Assembly (NCBI RefSeq): GCF_009914755.1
Contig: NC_060927.1
Source: the human T2T-CHM13v2.0 reference genome, Homo sapiens
Length of the DNA stretch: 64,000 bases
Strand: one strand, 5' to 3'
A program made the translations under genes and the position numbers. The stretch's first letter is position 1, and each line of letters opens with the position of its first letter. The notes under the pieces are model-generated. The model had not been told where the DNA came from, did no database searches, and was given only the letters and a program-made list of their open reading frames with translations. This document shows, one piece after another, positions 42,287-58,290 of this stretch.

Positions 42287-43940
42287 ACTATTCAAATGAT
42301 GGATAGTTTGGTTTTGAAATATGAAAAGAACCCATAGAAACTCAAATGAAGAAAGAGAATCTCAGGAAACAAAGTTTAGCTTGGCAATAATTGAACCAAA
42401 ATCACTGGGGATCCATTCTTTCTCTTTTATTTTGTAGATGAGTTATCTTGCATATATTTCTGCATATTGCTTTACTTTTCTTTGCTGCAGCCTCACTTCC
42501 AACATGAAAATCTTAGAATTGGCACCCTTATAATATTGGTTTCCACATAGTATGTGGTTAAAATGTCATGAACTCTGACATTAATTATCTGTTGTATCTC
42601 CAGAGACTAAATCAGTTTATTTGATTCTGTTTTTTAAAATTAATTTGTTTGTACAGTTTATGGAGGTATAATTGACATTCTATAAATGGCTAATATCTCA
42701 TAGTACAATTTGGTAAAACATAATCTATTTGTACCCCAGTAAAACCACCACCATAATGAAGATAATGAATATGTGCATTATCCTCAAAGCTTTCCTCATG
42801 CCCTTTTATAACCTCTTGCTTCCAGCTCTCACCTCTCTGGATTCGTCTCTGGCAATCTTTATCTGCTCTCACGATGCATGACTGAATTTTATATAAGTGA
42901 AATCATATGTTTGCCTAATTTCTTTCATTCATTTAACTATTTTAACATTCACCCATATAAATGTGTATATCATTATTTAATGCCTTTTTAACTGCTGAGA
43001 AATACTGTATTTTATAGATATACCTCAATTTGTTTATCCATTCACATTTAGGCAATTGGACATTTGGGACATTTAGGTTGTTTCTAGTTTCGAGTCTTTA
43101 AAGATGATGTTAATGATGTTACTGTGAGCATTTATGTACAAGTCCATGTATAAACATATGTGTTTTAATTTGATAAACACCTAAAAATGGGATGACAGAG
43201 TCAAATGGTAGGCTTATGTTTAACTTCTTAAGAAACTACCACATTTTTGTTCAAAAGCAACTATCAGATTTTACATTCCTGCCTGCAGTAAATGAGAGTT
43301 CTAGTTTTTTGATGTTTACAATACTTGGTAAGGTCAGTCTTAAAATTTTAGTCACTCTTACTGGTGTGTGTACTAGTATTTCTGTGTGTTTTTTAACTTG
43401 TGATGTTCAGAAACTGTTTCTATGGTGATTTACTATGTGTAAATCTTTATTAAAATGGATCTGTTCACAGTCTTGGCCAATTTTTTTAAAATAGGGTTGC
43501 TTGTTTTCTTATTAATGAGTTTTGTTTCATTCTATAATGTTTAACATTGAGATATAAGTCACGTGAAATATAATTCACCATTTTGAAGTGTATATGTCAG
43601 TGGTTTTTAGTATAACTACACAATATTGTACAACAATTATGACTATTTTATTCCAGAACATTTTCATTAATCCATAAAGAAATCACATACCTATTAACAA
43701 TCATGCCTAATCTTTTCCTCCACTCGTCTCTGGCAACCCATCAATCTACTCTGTTTCCCTAGATCTGTATATTCTGAAAATTTCATATAAATGAATTCAT
43801 GCAATAGTGATAATTTCTGATATGGCTTCTTTCCATTTAGCATGTTTTCAAGGTTCATCCAAATTGTGGCATGTGACAGGTTTTTATTACTTTTTATGGC
43901 TGAAAAATTTTTCTATAGAGTTTTGAGAATTTTTATATAG

Positions 43941-44661
<721 letters not shown>

Positions 44662-46113
44662 TAATTGTTAATTTTGATGAGGCTGAATTTATTTTTTATT
44701 TTGTGAATTATACTTTTGGTGGAGTATCTACTAACTCTTTGCCCCTAACACAGAGTCACAATCATTTCATTCTATGCTGTCTTCTAGAATTTTTATAATT
44801 TCAAGATTTACTTTTAGATCTATAAATCATTTTACATTAATATTTTTATATGTGTGAGGATGGAATAAAGATTTTTTTCTTTTCTGGCTATAAATATTCA
44901 ACTGTCCTACCCCTGTTTTTTGAAAAGTCTGCTACTTCCTAACTGATATACTTTGACTATATATACGTAAATCTACTGTTTCACTTTCTAATATCTTTTA
45001 TTGATCCACTTGTCTACCTTACCACTAATACTATACAATCTGGATTATTTACTGTAGCTTTACAATAAGTCTACAAATCAGGTAGAGTAAGTTCCCCGCC
45101 ACCCCCAAAATTTTTTTTCAAAGATACTTTGGCTATACCATGACCTTTACATTTCCATGTACATTTTAGAATTTGCTTATTTTCTAGAGAAAAGCCCAAT
45201 AACTTTGAGATTGCGTTAAATCTCTATATTAATTTGAGAAGGACTGATATCTAAGCCCCATTAACCACATATTAATCTAGGAACATTATATAGTTCTTCA
45301 TTTACTTAGGTCTTCTTTCACTTTAGTAATAGATTTTATGTACAATTTTTACTCATTTTAGTTAGATATATCCATAAATAATTCATTTTCCTTGAAGTTG
45401 TTGTAAATACTATTTCAAATTTTAACTTCTGATTGCCATTACTATTAGTAGTATATAGAAATACAAGTAATTTTTGCATATTGATTTTTTTATTCCAGAA
45501 CCTTGCTTAATTCATTCTTCTAGTCACTTTTTTGAAGATCACATTAGATTTTCTACATATACAACCATGCCATTTGTGAATAGAGTTTACTTTTGGTAGG
45601 ATTTTAAACTATAAATCCAGTACAAATTACTTAATATAGATAGGCTATTCTACCACTTCCTCATAAGTAAGCTTTGTTATTTTATCTTTCAGGCCATCTG
45701 TTTATTCCATATGTTGTCAACTTACTGGCATAGGGTAGTACATCATATTCCCTTATCTTTTTATATGTGTAGCATCTTTGAGGATATAACCTCTCTGATT
45801 CCTGATATTGGCAATTTGTGTTTTTTAATCCTCTCTTTTTAAATTTTCAGTTTGGCTAGAGTTTATCAATTTTATATTTTCAAAGAACCATATATGCTTT
45901 TATTATTTTCTCCATTATTTTTTCTGTTTTCTATTTCATTTATTTTCACTCAGACTTATTGTTTGCTCTCCTCTGCTTACTTTAGGTTTAATTTTCTCTT
46001 ATCACTTTTTAGTTTCAGATATAAGATGAGTCATCGATTTGAATCATTTCTTCTCTTTTAATATATATTGCCATAAATATTACTCTAAGAACTATTTAAG
46101 ATTCATCCCATAA

Positions 46114-46439
<326 letters not shown>

Positions 46440-49400
46440 TGAAATTACATAGCATAGGTACTCTGATTTCCTCTTTTTTAGTATTGTATTAGCTATTCTG
46501 CATCTTTTGCCTCACCATATAAACTTTAGAATCAGTTTGTTGGTGTTCACAAAATAATTTGCTGAGGTTTTGACTGAGATTTTGTTGAGTCTGTAGATCA
46601 AGTTGGGAGGAACTGACAAGTTGACAATATTTAGTCTTTCTATCCATGAACATGGACTCTCTTTATTTATTTAGTTCTTCTTAGATATATTTTGTCAGAT
46701 TTTTATAGTTTTTCTCATATAGATCTTGTACATATGTTGCTTGATTTATTTCTATTCATTTTTGGGTGCTAATATGAGTGATACTGTATTTTACAATTCA
46801 AGTCTCATTTTTCATTGATGGTGCATAAAAAAGTAATTGTCTTTTGTACATTAACCGTTTATTCTGAAACCTAATTGCTTATTAGTTTCAGGTTTTTTTT
46901 CTTGTCAGTTTCTTTGGATATTCTCCATAGGTAAATATGTCACCTGAAAACAAAGACAGTTTAATTTCTCCTTTTCCAATTTATCTACCTTTTCTTTTCT
47001 TTTTCATTGCATTAGCTTAAACTTCCTATATAATGTTGAAAAGCTGTGGGGACAGAGAACAGTCTTGCTTTTTCCCTGATCTTAATGTAAGAGATTTGTG
47101 TTTCTCACCATTATATATGATGTTAGCTATAGGTTTTTTATAGATGTTCCTTAACAAGTTGAGGAAGTCCTCTCCTAATTTGTTGTTTTTTAAATCTTGA
47201 ATGTTGAATTTTTTCAACTGCTTTTTCTTCATTTATTAATATGAATATATGACTGTTCCTTTTTAGCTTGTTGGTGTGATGGATAACATTAACTGATTTT
47301 TAAATGTTGAACCAGCCTTGCATCCCTGAAATAAATCCCACTTGTTTGTGGTGTATTATTCTTTCTATAAGAATATTCTCAACAAAATGTTAAGTATGTT
47401 TGTTAGATTCACTTTGCTAATATTTTGTTTAGGATATTTAAAATATACTTAAAGCAAAAAAAAAAAAAAAAAGCTAACCAGCTAGCTAGATATAAACAGA
47501 TGTAGGTATCAACAAAGCCAGAGCTCTAAAAATATTTCTGTTACCACCTCTCAGAAACTGTAAACATCTTTAGCTTGTAGAGTTTGAGAATTTCATCTGT
47601 TCTGGTCTAGGGAAATATTTGCTTACTGAATAATTCAGTTTTACTGATCTTTTCTATATGACTATGACTCAGGATTATCATCCTAAATTGAGATCCACTA
47701 GAATTGTCAACTCTTTGCATCAGAATACTTATTAACAATTTATGGAAATTTCCATGATTTGTCTATGCATGCTCCCAAAGTGCAGTTTTCTGTTCTTAAG
47801 TGTTTATTTTTCTACAATGTTTTAAAGTATTTCAGCAGCTACTTGAAATCTTGCAAATGACCTCTTTTTCTACTTTTGCAGTCATGTTGTACTGTATTAT
47901 ATTTTCTCTGATAGTCCTTCTTTTCTGCCAGTGTTGTGTTTGGAGTGCCTCTAAGTTTTACTTAGCAATCTATATGTCCTCATTATCAAGACTGAACTCA
48001 TTAATGTTATCTTTCTGTTACCTGATGCTAATCAATTTTATAATGTAATTATTTCTAGATGTTTTCCTATTCATTTAATAGTGTCTGTCCAAGATATCAA
48101 ATATCTGAATGAATTACTGAACATTATAAATGTAAGCTTTTACAAGGTTTCAAATATTCTGTGTCTTAAAAGTTTAGAAAACTTTCGCTTAAAAATTTGG
48201 ATGCATTTGTGACAAATATGAAGAAAAACATTGTTTTCATGTGGCCCAGTTTGGAAATCTTCAGTTTGTTCTTTTTCTTGCATATATGCATGTTATGTTT
48301 ATGTTTTTATCATGAGAGTTGTATAAGAAAAATATTTGAAAAGACTGGCATGCACTGATAACTCATAATTCAAAATTCATTTTTAAAGAATTAATGACAT
48401 ATTTTATGTTAATATAATAATAAATGGCAAATAAATATATTCTGGCTACTCGATTGAATAAATGTGGGGGTAGTGGTCTATTTTTAACATTAGATCATTG
48501 AATATAGTGAGAACATACCTATAGCACTATGTAATTATTCAGGTTACATTCACTGTTTAACTGCTCTTAATGTGTACTGTAGGTGGGCGTTTTAAGCACA
48601 TAGATGAATTGTAGAGTAAGAACCATTATGTTCATGTCATGTATAAAGTGGTATATGTGATTGCAAGATATTAAACCATGAAATGAGTTAACCATTGTTT
48701 CCTTGGAAACAATGATGAATAAAATAACTCATTACACTGAATTAACCTGAGGTAATAGAGCTCATGAATTATATCCCACCTACATGTCTCTCTTTCTCCT
48801 AGGTCTTTTCAGTATATTATCTCTGAAGTTGTCTACCTTCCCCACAGATTCTTATAACTCAGGGTTAATTACATGCTTTCAAATTGTAGAGTACCCATCT
48901 CTTAATTCTATATTAACTACTTTGTTAATTTCATCATTGATTACCCCCCAATTTGTTTTTGTTTTCTTGATATTATAAATATGTGATGATTTTTTCTTAA
49001 AAATTAAAATATTAAATGTAATAAAACCACCAATGGGATTATATTTAATCATTGGCGCTCAACTATTTTTGCTCTTTATACATTATTTTGGCCAGGTGAA
49101 GTTAAGAGAATGTGTTAAAAGTAAGTATGGTAGAATCCCAAAAATAACTCACTAATGATGTCACAGAAAAATTCTCAACTAGGAATCAACAGACTTGTTT
49201 TAATTTTGCTTATCTCTCTCTTGCTGGTAATCTCTTCCAGATTAAGTTTTATTATCTGTATTGGGATAATAAAACCTATTTTACTTACCTCAACTAAATT
49301 GTTAAGTGGAATGAAGTCATGTATCTAAAAGTACTTTGAAAGCTGTGATCTGACATAAAAATTATAATATGGAAAAGGCAGCATTGCCAATATCAGTTTG

Positions 49401-49849
49401 TTTATAAGTTTACTATGTAAAATAAGTAGGCACATGCATTAAATAACATTTACTGAATGCTTTCTTTTTACATAATTTAACTCCATATAGCATAGGTATT
49501 ATTACTACCCTCATTTGGCAGATGAGGAAACTAAGGCACTGACATTAAATAATTTACCTAGGGTTACAAAGCTAAAACTGGGATTAAACCTAGATTGTAC
49601 AGCTTTAGAAATTATGTTCTTAACCATTATGCTATATTGCTGTTGTGATAGGATGACTGATGAGATGTGGCAACAAAACCAAGTTCAAAAGTTAAAAATA
49701 GTAGGTTAAAGGTTCTATAGAAGAGAATAATATACATTGGTTAATATTGTATCAGAATATTTGCCATTCTGTCTTCACTTTCTACGTCTTCATATATGAC
49801 TGTTCTGAAGTTCATTTTCTTTTTACTTCACATTTCCCAGTCACATCCT

Positions 49850-50340
49850 GAATCAGGAAAAAATAATTCTGCATATTTGAAACATGAGGAATGTATAAAG
49901 GGATTATCTAAACAGGAAATAGAAAAGATGAGATGCAGCAGTTGATGGGGAGGAAGCCCTGAAATTGGCAGCAGTAAGAGGCAGCAGAAGCCCCTAGGCT
50001 CCAGGGAATAAGTTAAGTTGTTACCAGAGCCCAACTATGCTCACACAGTAGAAGCTGGAATCATCTAAGGCCTATCTGGGGGAGGCTGGAGCCAGAGACT
50101 CTGATGCTGTGGAAGAACCCACCTAACCACAGGAGGGAGATAAAGACCCTGGCCTCTCTCTGCATCCCTTCTACCCTTCACTTCCTTTTTAGTCTTCCTT
50201 TGGCCAAAACCAGCTGCAAGCCAGCTGTCATTGGAACCTGGGAAAGGCAGCCTGCAAGCATCAGTCCCACTCCCACCTCGACACATACCCCCACCTCTGA
50301 GTTACAGTGCAGAGCAGGCTAAGAGTAAAAAGATAGTCCT
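49850..50340 (-). mobile_element. LTR33-like (ERVL) LTR
   Basis: 'ggagataaagaccctggcctctc...ttggccaaaacc...aagccag...cctgggaaa'. Confidence 0.6.
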
Positions 50341-51209
50341 CCAGCGTCGGAAGATTTCCCTTCAATTTTCTTTGTTTTTTTTCTCCTTGACGATTCATTC
50401 CCAGTATATCGCCTTCATCAGAGAATGAGTTATAATGGCAGTTTCAAACTCTTTAATGACACTGAATTGTTTTTTCCTCTACTGACAAGAAAAGTTAGAC
50501 TTGGCTGCTGTGACCGTTTCAGGGATGAATATAATATAGGAAATGTCGATAAAAATTTTTAAAGCAACCACTTTATGGGATGGTGGTCCCTGCATAATAA
50601 ATACGGTGAACAGCCTGATCTTTGGGGTACAAACATGGATTGGTTTGATATTTTTTTTTAATAACTGCTGCAAACCATGTCCAGTAGAAACCGTTTTTTC
50701 CTCTAAATATCTGGCTTTAATTTTTTATCTCTACCCGATTCCAAAATTATTCAGTAACTTTCCACTATTAAACAGTCACATTCCAAGCTGATTAATTTTT
50801 CTCCAGCTATCTTGAAAATGTTCAAGCCTATAGAATGCATAAAGAATACAGTGATTGCCATACATCTTTTCTTTGTATTTGTTAATTATATATGTATACT
50901 GATATTATTTATATATAAATGTACACAGTTTCCTCTTTCTATTTGTGTGTGTTTAACTGCCTATGAGCTAAGTACTATTGCTATCACCATTTTGCAGCTG
51001 AGGAAACTGAGGCACACAGAGGTTAAATAACTTACCTGAGATTATAAAGCTAAAGCTGGGATTACACCTAGACTTTCTAACTCCAGAAATTGTGTTCTTA
51101 ACCATTATATTATATTGGTATTTTCATGGAATGACTGATAAGATTTGGCAACAAAGCCAAGCTCAAAAGTTAAAAATTATATATATTTATGTTTTCCCCA
51201 TATTACATA

Positions 51210-51445
51210 TTTTCTGGCTTTATTGAGGTATGATTGAAAAATAAAGATTGTATTAAAGTATACAATGCGTTGATATACGAGATAAATGTACATTTTGAAA
51301 TGATTACCACAATCAAATTAATTAACATATTAATCACTCCATATAGTTACCTTTTTGTGTGTGGCGAGAAAACTTAAGATCTATTATCTTAGCAAATTTC
51401 AAGTACACAATTATGTGTACACATATACATTATTGTTAACTACGT
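51210..51445 (-). mobile_element. L1MA 3' tip
   Basis: 'ctttattgaggtatgattga...aatgattaccacaatcaa...cttagcaaatttcaagta'. Confidence 0.75.
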
Positions 51446-51534
51446 ATATAAGCTATTTAAAAGTAAGTTGTAGGCATTATGGCAATGTTTTTCTAAAAAA
51501 TATAAAATACATCTCTTAAGAATAACAATACCAG

Positions 51535-51972
<438 letters not shown>

Positions 51973-52545
51973 AATACCACATACCATTACCACTCTTGGA
52001 AAATAAACAATAATATTTTTGGAAATGTTTATAGAAAATTTTGGGAAATTTTTGGAAATGTGGAAAATTAAAAATCTTTTCATAATACTGTCTTATATAT
52101 AAGTCATATTTAAGTTCTCTCAATTGGCCATGTAATTTATTTTGGATGTATAGTCAGATATTATGTCCAAAATTGTATGCATTTTTTTCTGCCTAGTTCA
52201 CCAGCCATTTCAATATATGGTTGGATTCACTTATTTCTATTTATACTCCATTTGAGAATTTTCTTTGTCATTCTTTAGATTTAATTATTTTTAAATTTTT
52301 AATATAGAGTTCAAATATCAAAATACTCAAAAAAATCACTGCCATTCCTATTCTTCTAGCTCATTTTTATGAACTCTGTAAACACCATCCCGTCTTTAGC
52401 TTATGGTTTACTTTTCCAGTGTTTATGTATGTATAGATATAAATACACACACACACATATATATAGAATATCTCCATTTTTGCCACCAAAGTGGAACTAC
52501 TTTTATATCTTTTCATAGAGATTTTTCTTATTCCCCTTGAACCAA

Positions 52546-52728
52546 CAGTTCCCAGTCTTTTTGGCATCAGGGACTGGTTTCTTGGAAGACAATTTTTCCA
52601 CGGAGTGGGATGGAGTAGGATGGGATGGGCCTGCGCAACCTAGAGCCCTCTCATGCACAGTTCACAATAGGGTTCACGCTCCTATGGGAATACTACAAGG
52701 TCCGTGGCCTGGGGATTGGGAACCCCTG
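52546..52728. mobile_element. MER1B-like, internally deleted
   Basis: 'tttttggcatcagggactggtttcttggaagacaatttttccacgga...ttgggaacccctg'. Confidence 0.8.
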
Positions 52729-53650
52729 CCTTAAACAACAAAAATGTATTTTGTCATAGTTCTGGGGGCTAGAAGCTGGGAATCAAGGTATCAGCAGGAC
52801 CTTGCTTCCTCTGAAGGCTCTAGAGAGGAATACTTCCTTACTTTTTCTTTAGCTTCTGTTGCCAGCAATCGCTGGCATCCCTTGCTTTGTAGCTGCATCA
52901 CTCCAGTCCTTTCATCTGTCTTCACATAGTCTTCTTCCTAGTGTTCCTCTGCATGTCTGTCTTCTTACAAGGAAACCATTCATGTTGGATTTAGGGCCCA
53001 ACCTAATCCATTAGGACTCCTCTTAACTAACTATATCTGCAGAGACCTGATTCCCAAATAAGACCACATTTTGAGGATCCAGCAGGGCGTGACTTTTTTG
53101 GTGACGCTATTCAGTCTACACCCTTTTTACTCTCTGGTCCAGTGAAATTATATTCTTGCAATGTACAAAATGCATTCACCTCCATCCAAAGTCTTAACCC
53201 ATTCTAGCCTCAGCTTCTAATCCAAAATCTCATCCATGTACAACTAACTAAAAAATGTCCAGGCCGGGCACGGTGGCTCACGCCTGTAATCCTAGCACTT
53301 TGCGAGGCTGAGGCAGGCGGATCACGATGTCAGGAGATCGAGACCACGGTGAAGCCCCGTCTCTACTAAAAATACAAAAAATTAGCCTGGCGCGGTGGCG
53401 GGTGCCTGTAGTCCCAGCTACTGGGGAGGCTGAGGCGGGACAATGGTGTGAACCCGAAGGCGGAGCTTGCAGTGAGCCGAGATTGCGCCACGGCACTCCA
53501 GCCTGGGCGACAGAGGGCGACTCCCTCTCAAAGAAAAAAAGTCCAAAATCTCATCTTCTAAATCATCTAAGTCAGGTATGAGTGAGACTCTTGTAGAAAA
53601 CAAGTTATCTGACTCCAAAATACAAAGATGGGACAGGCATAAGGTATCCC
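52729..53650 (-). mobile_element. MLT1B/C LTR plus adjoining MaLR internal fragment (interrupted by an Alu)
   Basis: 'cttaaacaac...tagttctgggggctagaag', then 'caaaatgcattcacc...ccaaagtcttaaccc'. Confidence 0.7.
53262..53540 (+). mobile_element. AluY with 12-nt left-arm deletion (AluYd-like)
   Basis: gagatcgagaccacggtgaa lacks the usual 12 nt; TSD approximately aaaaa(t/a)gtcca. Confidence 0.85.
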
Positions 53651-53716
53651 TTTCATTTTTCTCAGCAGTAGGCTTTAATAGCCAACTCTAGAAAATAAAG
53701 AAGAGCCTACATAATC

Positions 53717-53764
53717 TCTCACATGAATCTATTCTCACATGAATCTATTCTCACATGAGTCTAT
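53717..53764. repeat. 16-bp tandem repeat x3
   Basis: tctcacatgaatctat twice, then tctcacatgagtctat. Confidence 0.9.
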
Positions 53765-53833
53765 AACCCTGAAAAGGGGTCCCCTAAAATAACAATATGA
53801 AAGCTTACCACTGTTTAAAAATTGAGGGACTTC

Positions 53834-54150
<317 letters not shown>

Positions 54151-55498
54151 TCATTTCCAACAGTTTCCATCAACAGTCTGTTTTCATGCAGTAATCTACT
54201 ACTACCTTTGTTGGAAATGAAGACTTGACGTAAATCATTAACCTAGTTGGCTGTTTTGTTGTTCAGGTTATTTGAAATTTACAAATTATAATAAAATGAA
54301 AGTTATCAGGCAATCCCTTATATCTCTAATTTTTATCTTTCTTCACTGGTGTCTTACTGTTTAAACAACCACTATCAGTACCTGTTTCTAATTAATTTTC
54401 TTGATAAACCCATGATTTGGTGTTACTTACCACAGTCTAGTTAACTTGATGTGTATAGACATCACTTCCAAACTATGTTTGAGGATTCTCCTGCCAAAGA
54501 AGGTAACCAGTGTGGGACTGTATTCAAATCTACATTTAATTTGTTTTAAACGTTGTTATTGAAGAAAAATAAAGAGAAGAAAATAACTGCTACACATTTA
54601 TGTCAAAAATGACTCCATATTGATCGAGAAATTAAAATCCAATAAGGTTTTACTTGTGATTCTGTTTTCATGAATGAAACACTGACTCTAAAACAGCCAG
54701 GAGAGAGAAGAGGCCACACATGTCTTAAAATGTTTTTTTTTTCTAATTCACACTTAATACTTCATTCATATTTGGGCTGTGAGCAAGCCAGCTCCTCCTC
54801 TGCCAATTCAATATAGCTTGTGTGCCAGCTGCCAGAGAGCTGAGTCCAACTCCCTGTGCCACTGTGGCTAAGGCTCATTGTACTAAAGTTGTGGCTGTAT
54901 TTAAATGGATCACCAGGAAATACTGGTTGCTTGGTTCTCTCTGCAGTCTTTCTGTGTCTTCAATGCTAGGCCACCCAAGTACTTCCTTGGAGAGCTTTGC
55001 CGTTTCCCCCTTGAAATTCCACCCAGAACACTTTAAAAGACCACTCAGTACTGACTACAGTATTGTGGCGTGGCAAAAACAGAAGTTGTGTCTGATTCAC
55101 ACATAAGTAGGGACTAATGCCACTCTGAAAAAACAGGTTTGAAATTTGAAAAGCATAGGCAAAAACCTGCAAACCTAAACCCAACAAGGAAGCTGAACAA
55201 TGGCTGGCAACAAGTTCAAAGGAATCGAAGTATGCTCCCATTAAACATTTATTTCCTTTTTGAGCCTTTAGGTTTATCTTGGGAAAACGATTTAAATGTC
55301 AAGAATTCAGGTTATTTGGAAGGTTAAGGATTTAATATATATTTTTTGTTTTCTAAAGTGTTTACGATAGTTTTGGTGGCTTAACTTCTTTAAGCCACTT
55401 TAAAAAGCTCAAACAAGAGTAATAATTATTTTAAGAAAATTAAATTTGGGTATCCTTCAGCTTAATTATGGAGCTTTGATTTTTTTCTCCTTTTTCTC

Positions 55499-55499
<1 letters not shown>

Positions 55500-55552
<53 letters not shown>

Positions 55553-55602
55553 GTCTATCTGGCTCTCTATCTAGCTATCTGTCTATCTATATCCCTCTAT
55601 CT
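55500..55602. repeat. (TATC)n / GATA tetranucleotide STR
   Basis: About 13 perfect units, then degenerate units. Confidence 0.95.
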
Positions 55603-55631
55603 AATAGAAACTTAGAAAATTGTCAGATGTG

Positions 55632-55955
55632 AACCAGATGTGTTGGCTCATGCCTGTAATTCCAGCATTTTGGAAGCCCAAGGTGGGCAAATCACTTAAG
55701 CTCAGGAGTTCCAGACCAGCCTGGGCAACTTGGCAAAACTGTGTCTCTACAAAAAAATAAATAAATAAATAAGAAAGAAAAATGAAAAGAAAATTAGCTA
55801 GGCATGGTTTTGCGTTTCTGTAGTCCCAGCTACTCGGGAGGCTGAAGTGGCAGGATCACTTGACCAAGGTGGTAGATGTTGCTGTGAACCAAGATTGTAT
55901 CACTGCGCTCCAACCAGGGCAATAGAGTGAGACCTTGTATCGAAAAAAAAAAAAA
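55632..55955 (+). mobile_element. AluJ
   Basis: Diverged dimer; TSD tcagatgt. Confidence 0.88.
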
Positions 55956-58089
55956 TTCAGATGTATTGCTGATAAGGCTAAATGGTACAATAAGCTTGAA
56001 TTTGAGGCAAACAGGGTCTTTTTCTTCCACTTTCCCTCTGAGTTGAACTTACTTACCCAGTCTCCAATTGGAAAACTGACAATTGCAAGCCTCCTCTGCA
56101 GGTTCTTCTAGTCTGCCCTGGAGGGCTAACCACAAGACAGAGATAACTCCAGGTGGGCCATTTCAACAACAAAGCACCAAAGAGGAAGAGACATAAAGCA
56201 TCTGCAAACAGACTTATCCAACCCAACCATCTAACCTCCCCAGTGGAGGGCAGGGTCCCACAGTCTCACTTTGGCAGGGTGCATGCGATCCTCCAAAAGG
56301 TGGATCTTATAAAAGAATGTGTACCTTTCCTTATTGTGGAGTTTTCCCAGGAAGGCCGGTTCCCAGCCAAAGGCTATGTGTTCCAGTCCACCTCTTGCCT
56401 CCAGGTGTAACCATATGACTATTTTTTCACTAATGGAATATTAATAGAAAATATGTATGTCAGTGCTGAACCATGATGCACCTTATTCTCCATCTCTTTC
56501 CTTTTCTCATTGGGTACTTAGATGTAGACATTTTCAAGACCCTAACAAATGGTGGAGCCATGCATGGGAGGGGTCTACGTTCTTAAGCCACTTTATGAAA
56601 GACAACTAGATCTAACGGCATGGGACTCTTATGTGAGTGAAAAAGAAATCTCTATTGTGCTAAGCTAAGCCATTAAAAGTTGAAGATTTGTTACAGCAGT
56701 TAGCATTACCTTAATTTACACAGTTACTGTTCTTCTCTAAGGTAGAAGAGAGAGAGAAGGGGGTCCAAAAAATGGCTGAAGTTTTCTTTCTAATATTTCT
56801 AGTGGGATAGAAGTTCTTATCAAATAGGCTGAAGTAGATACTAAGAGAAAGAAAAAATATATAGCTTCCCTTATAGTAAGTCCCCAGATGCCAAAGGGAC
56901 TAAGTTAATTTAGCAGTTGAAGTTCAGCCCCTTGGAAGACAGGTAGACAAGTAAGCAGGTTGCCACATAAATCTTCCTGATAGTTGCCTTAAGAGAGCAG
57001 TTTAAGGGAATTCCAGAAGCTCTAAGACCATTTTTAAGGCTTCTCAGGGTAAAGCAACAAGATGAGTTGAAAAATAAAAAATCTTTCCAGGGATTGATTA
57101 AGTTATTTTGGTGCTAAGCTGTTGCCAATTGTTTTTGAAAGAAGGTAGAGCATATTTTATATACAAACCTACAAAGGGTAGGCTTTGAAATGGGATAATA
57201 TTGGAATTGGAGAAGTTTTCTTCCTGATGTAGTCAAGGTATTAATAATCCTTTTAGACTTCCAGCTCTTCTGATTTTATAAGGAAAAAATACTTGGAACA
57301 ATTTTCTATTTGTCCTGGGTATCATGAAAAGTAACTTCTCAGATACGCAAATGATGGCTTCAGAGAAACTTGGCATCTGAGTTGTGTGACAATTTCAAGA
57401 CACACACACAAAAAATTTGATAGCATTTTTCAATATATTTATATCATATTAATTGATTTATTAAGTTATTAACTAACAAATATACAGTGAATACCTACTA
57501 TTTCAAACCCTCTTATAGGTGCTGAAGATACTGAATAAAGAAGACAAAAATCCCCATGCCAATAGAGGTAAACTCTGCTGGGAAAATAGATGAAAAGAAT
57601 TAGATACATTCCAGAATATGCCAGAAGGTTGTTAACAATATGAACACAAAGCAGGCCTCCAGCTTCATAAATGTATGGAATATCTTGATTTATGTCACAG
57701 AGGGAACTATTTCATTTAAAATGCAAACTCTTAGATATTGCAGTCATTCTGGGCAGGCTGCTTTTAATGCCAGAACTTCAAGTGTCTTTTGTGGTTGTCT
57801 AATATAGAGAGGAAATTAGAGCTGGTACTTTTTCTTTCTTTCTTTTTTGCTTATTTTTTTAAAATGGGTTTTAAATTTCTTGCTTGAAGGAGCACTTATC
57901 TAGCAATAGCAAATGATTTCTTTATCATATAGTCTTTTGAAATGTAAATGCAGAAAATGAAGGTCTCTTTGCTAAGAAGTCCAGGAATGACTCATTTATA
58001 TTCTCTTGAATTGCTTTTATACCTAAAGAGTTTCTAGCATAGTCATCTGGCATCTGTCATTAACAAAGAGGAGTGACAATATTCAGGCT

Positions 58090-58290
58090 TCTGCTGCTGC
58101 TTGCTAGCTGTGTGATCTTAGGAAATTTCCTGAAACTCTCTGAGTCATTTCCTTACCCAAAATACAGGAAGAATAATACTCAGCTCCTTGGGTTACTATA
58201 AGAATTAAATGAAATAATGTATTTCCTGGCTTAGCATTCCTTTGGAATACGGTAGCTTCTACTATTATTACTACCATTTTTATTATCATA
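58090..58290 (+). mobile_element. MIR
   Basis: 'tagctgtgtgatcttaggaaa...ctctctgagtcatttcct...aattaaatgaaataatg'. Confidence 0.7.
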
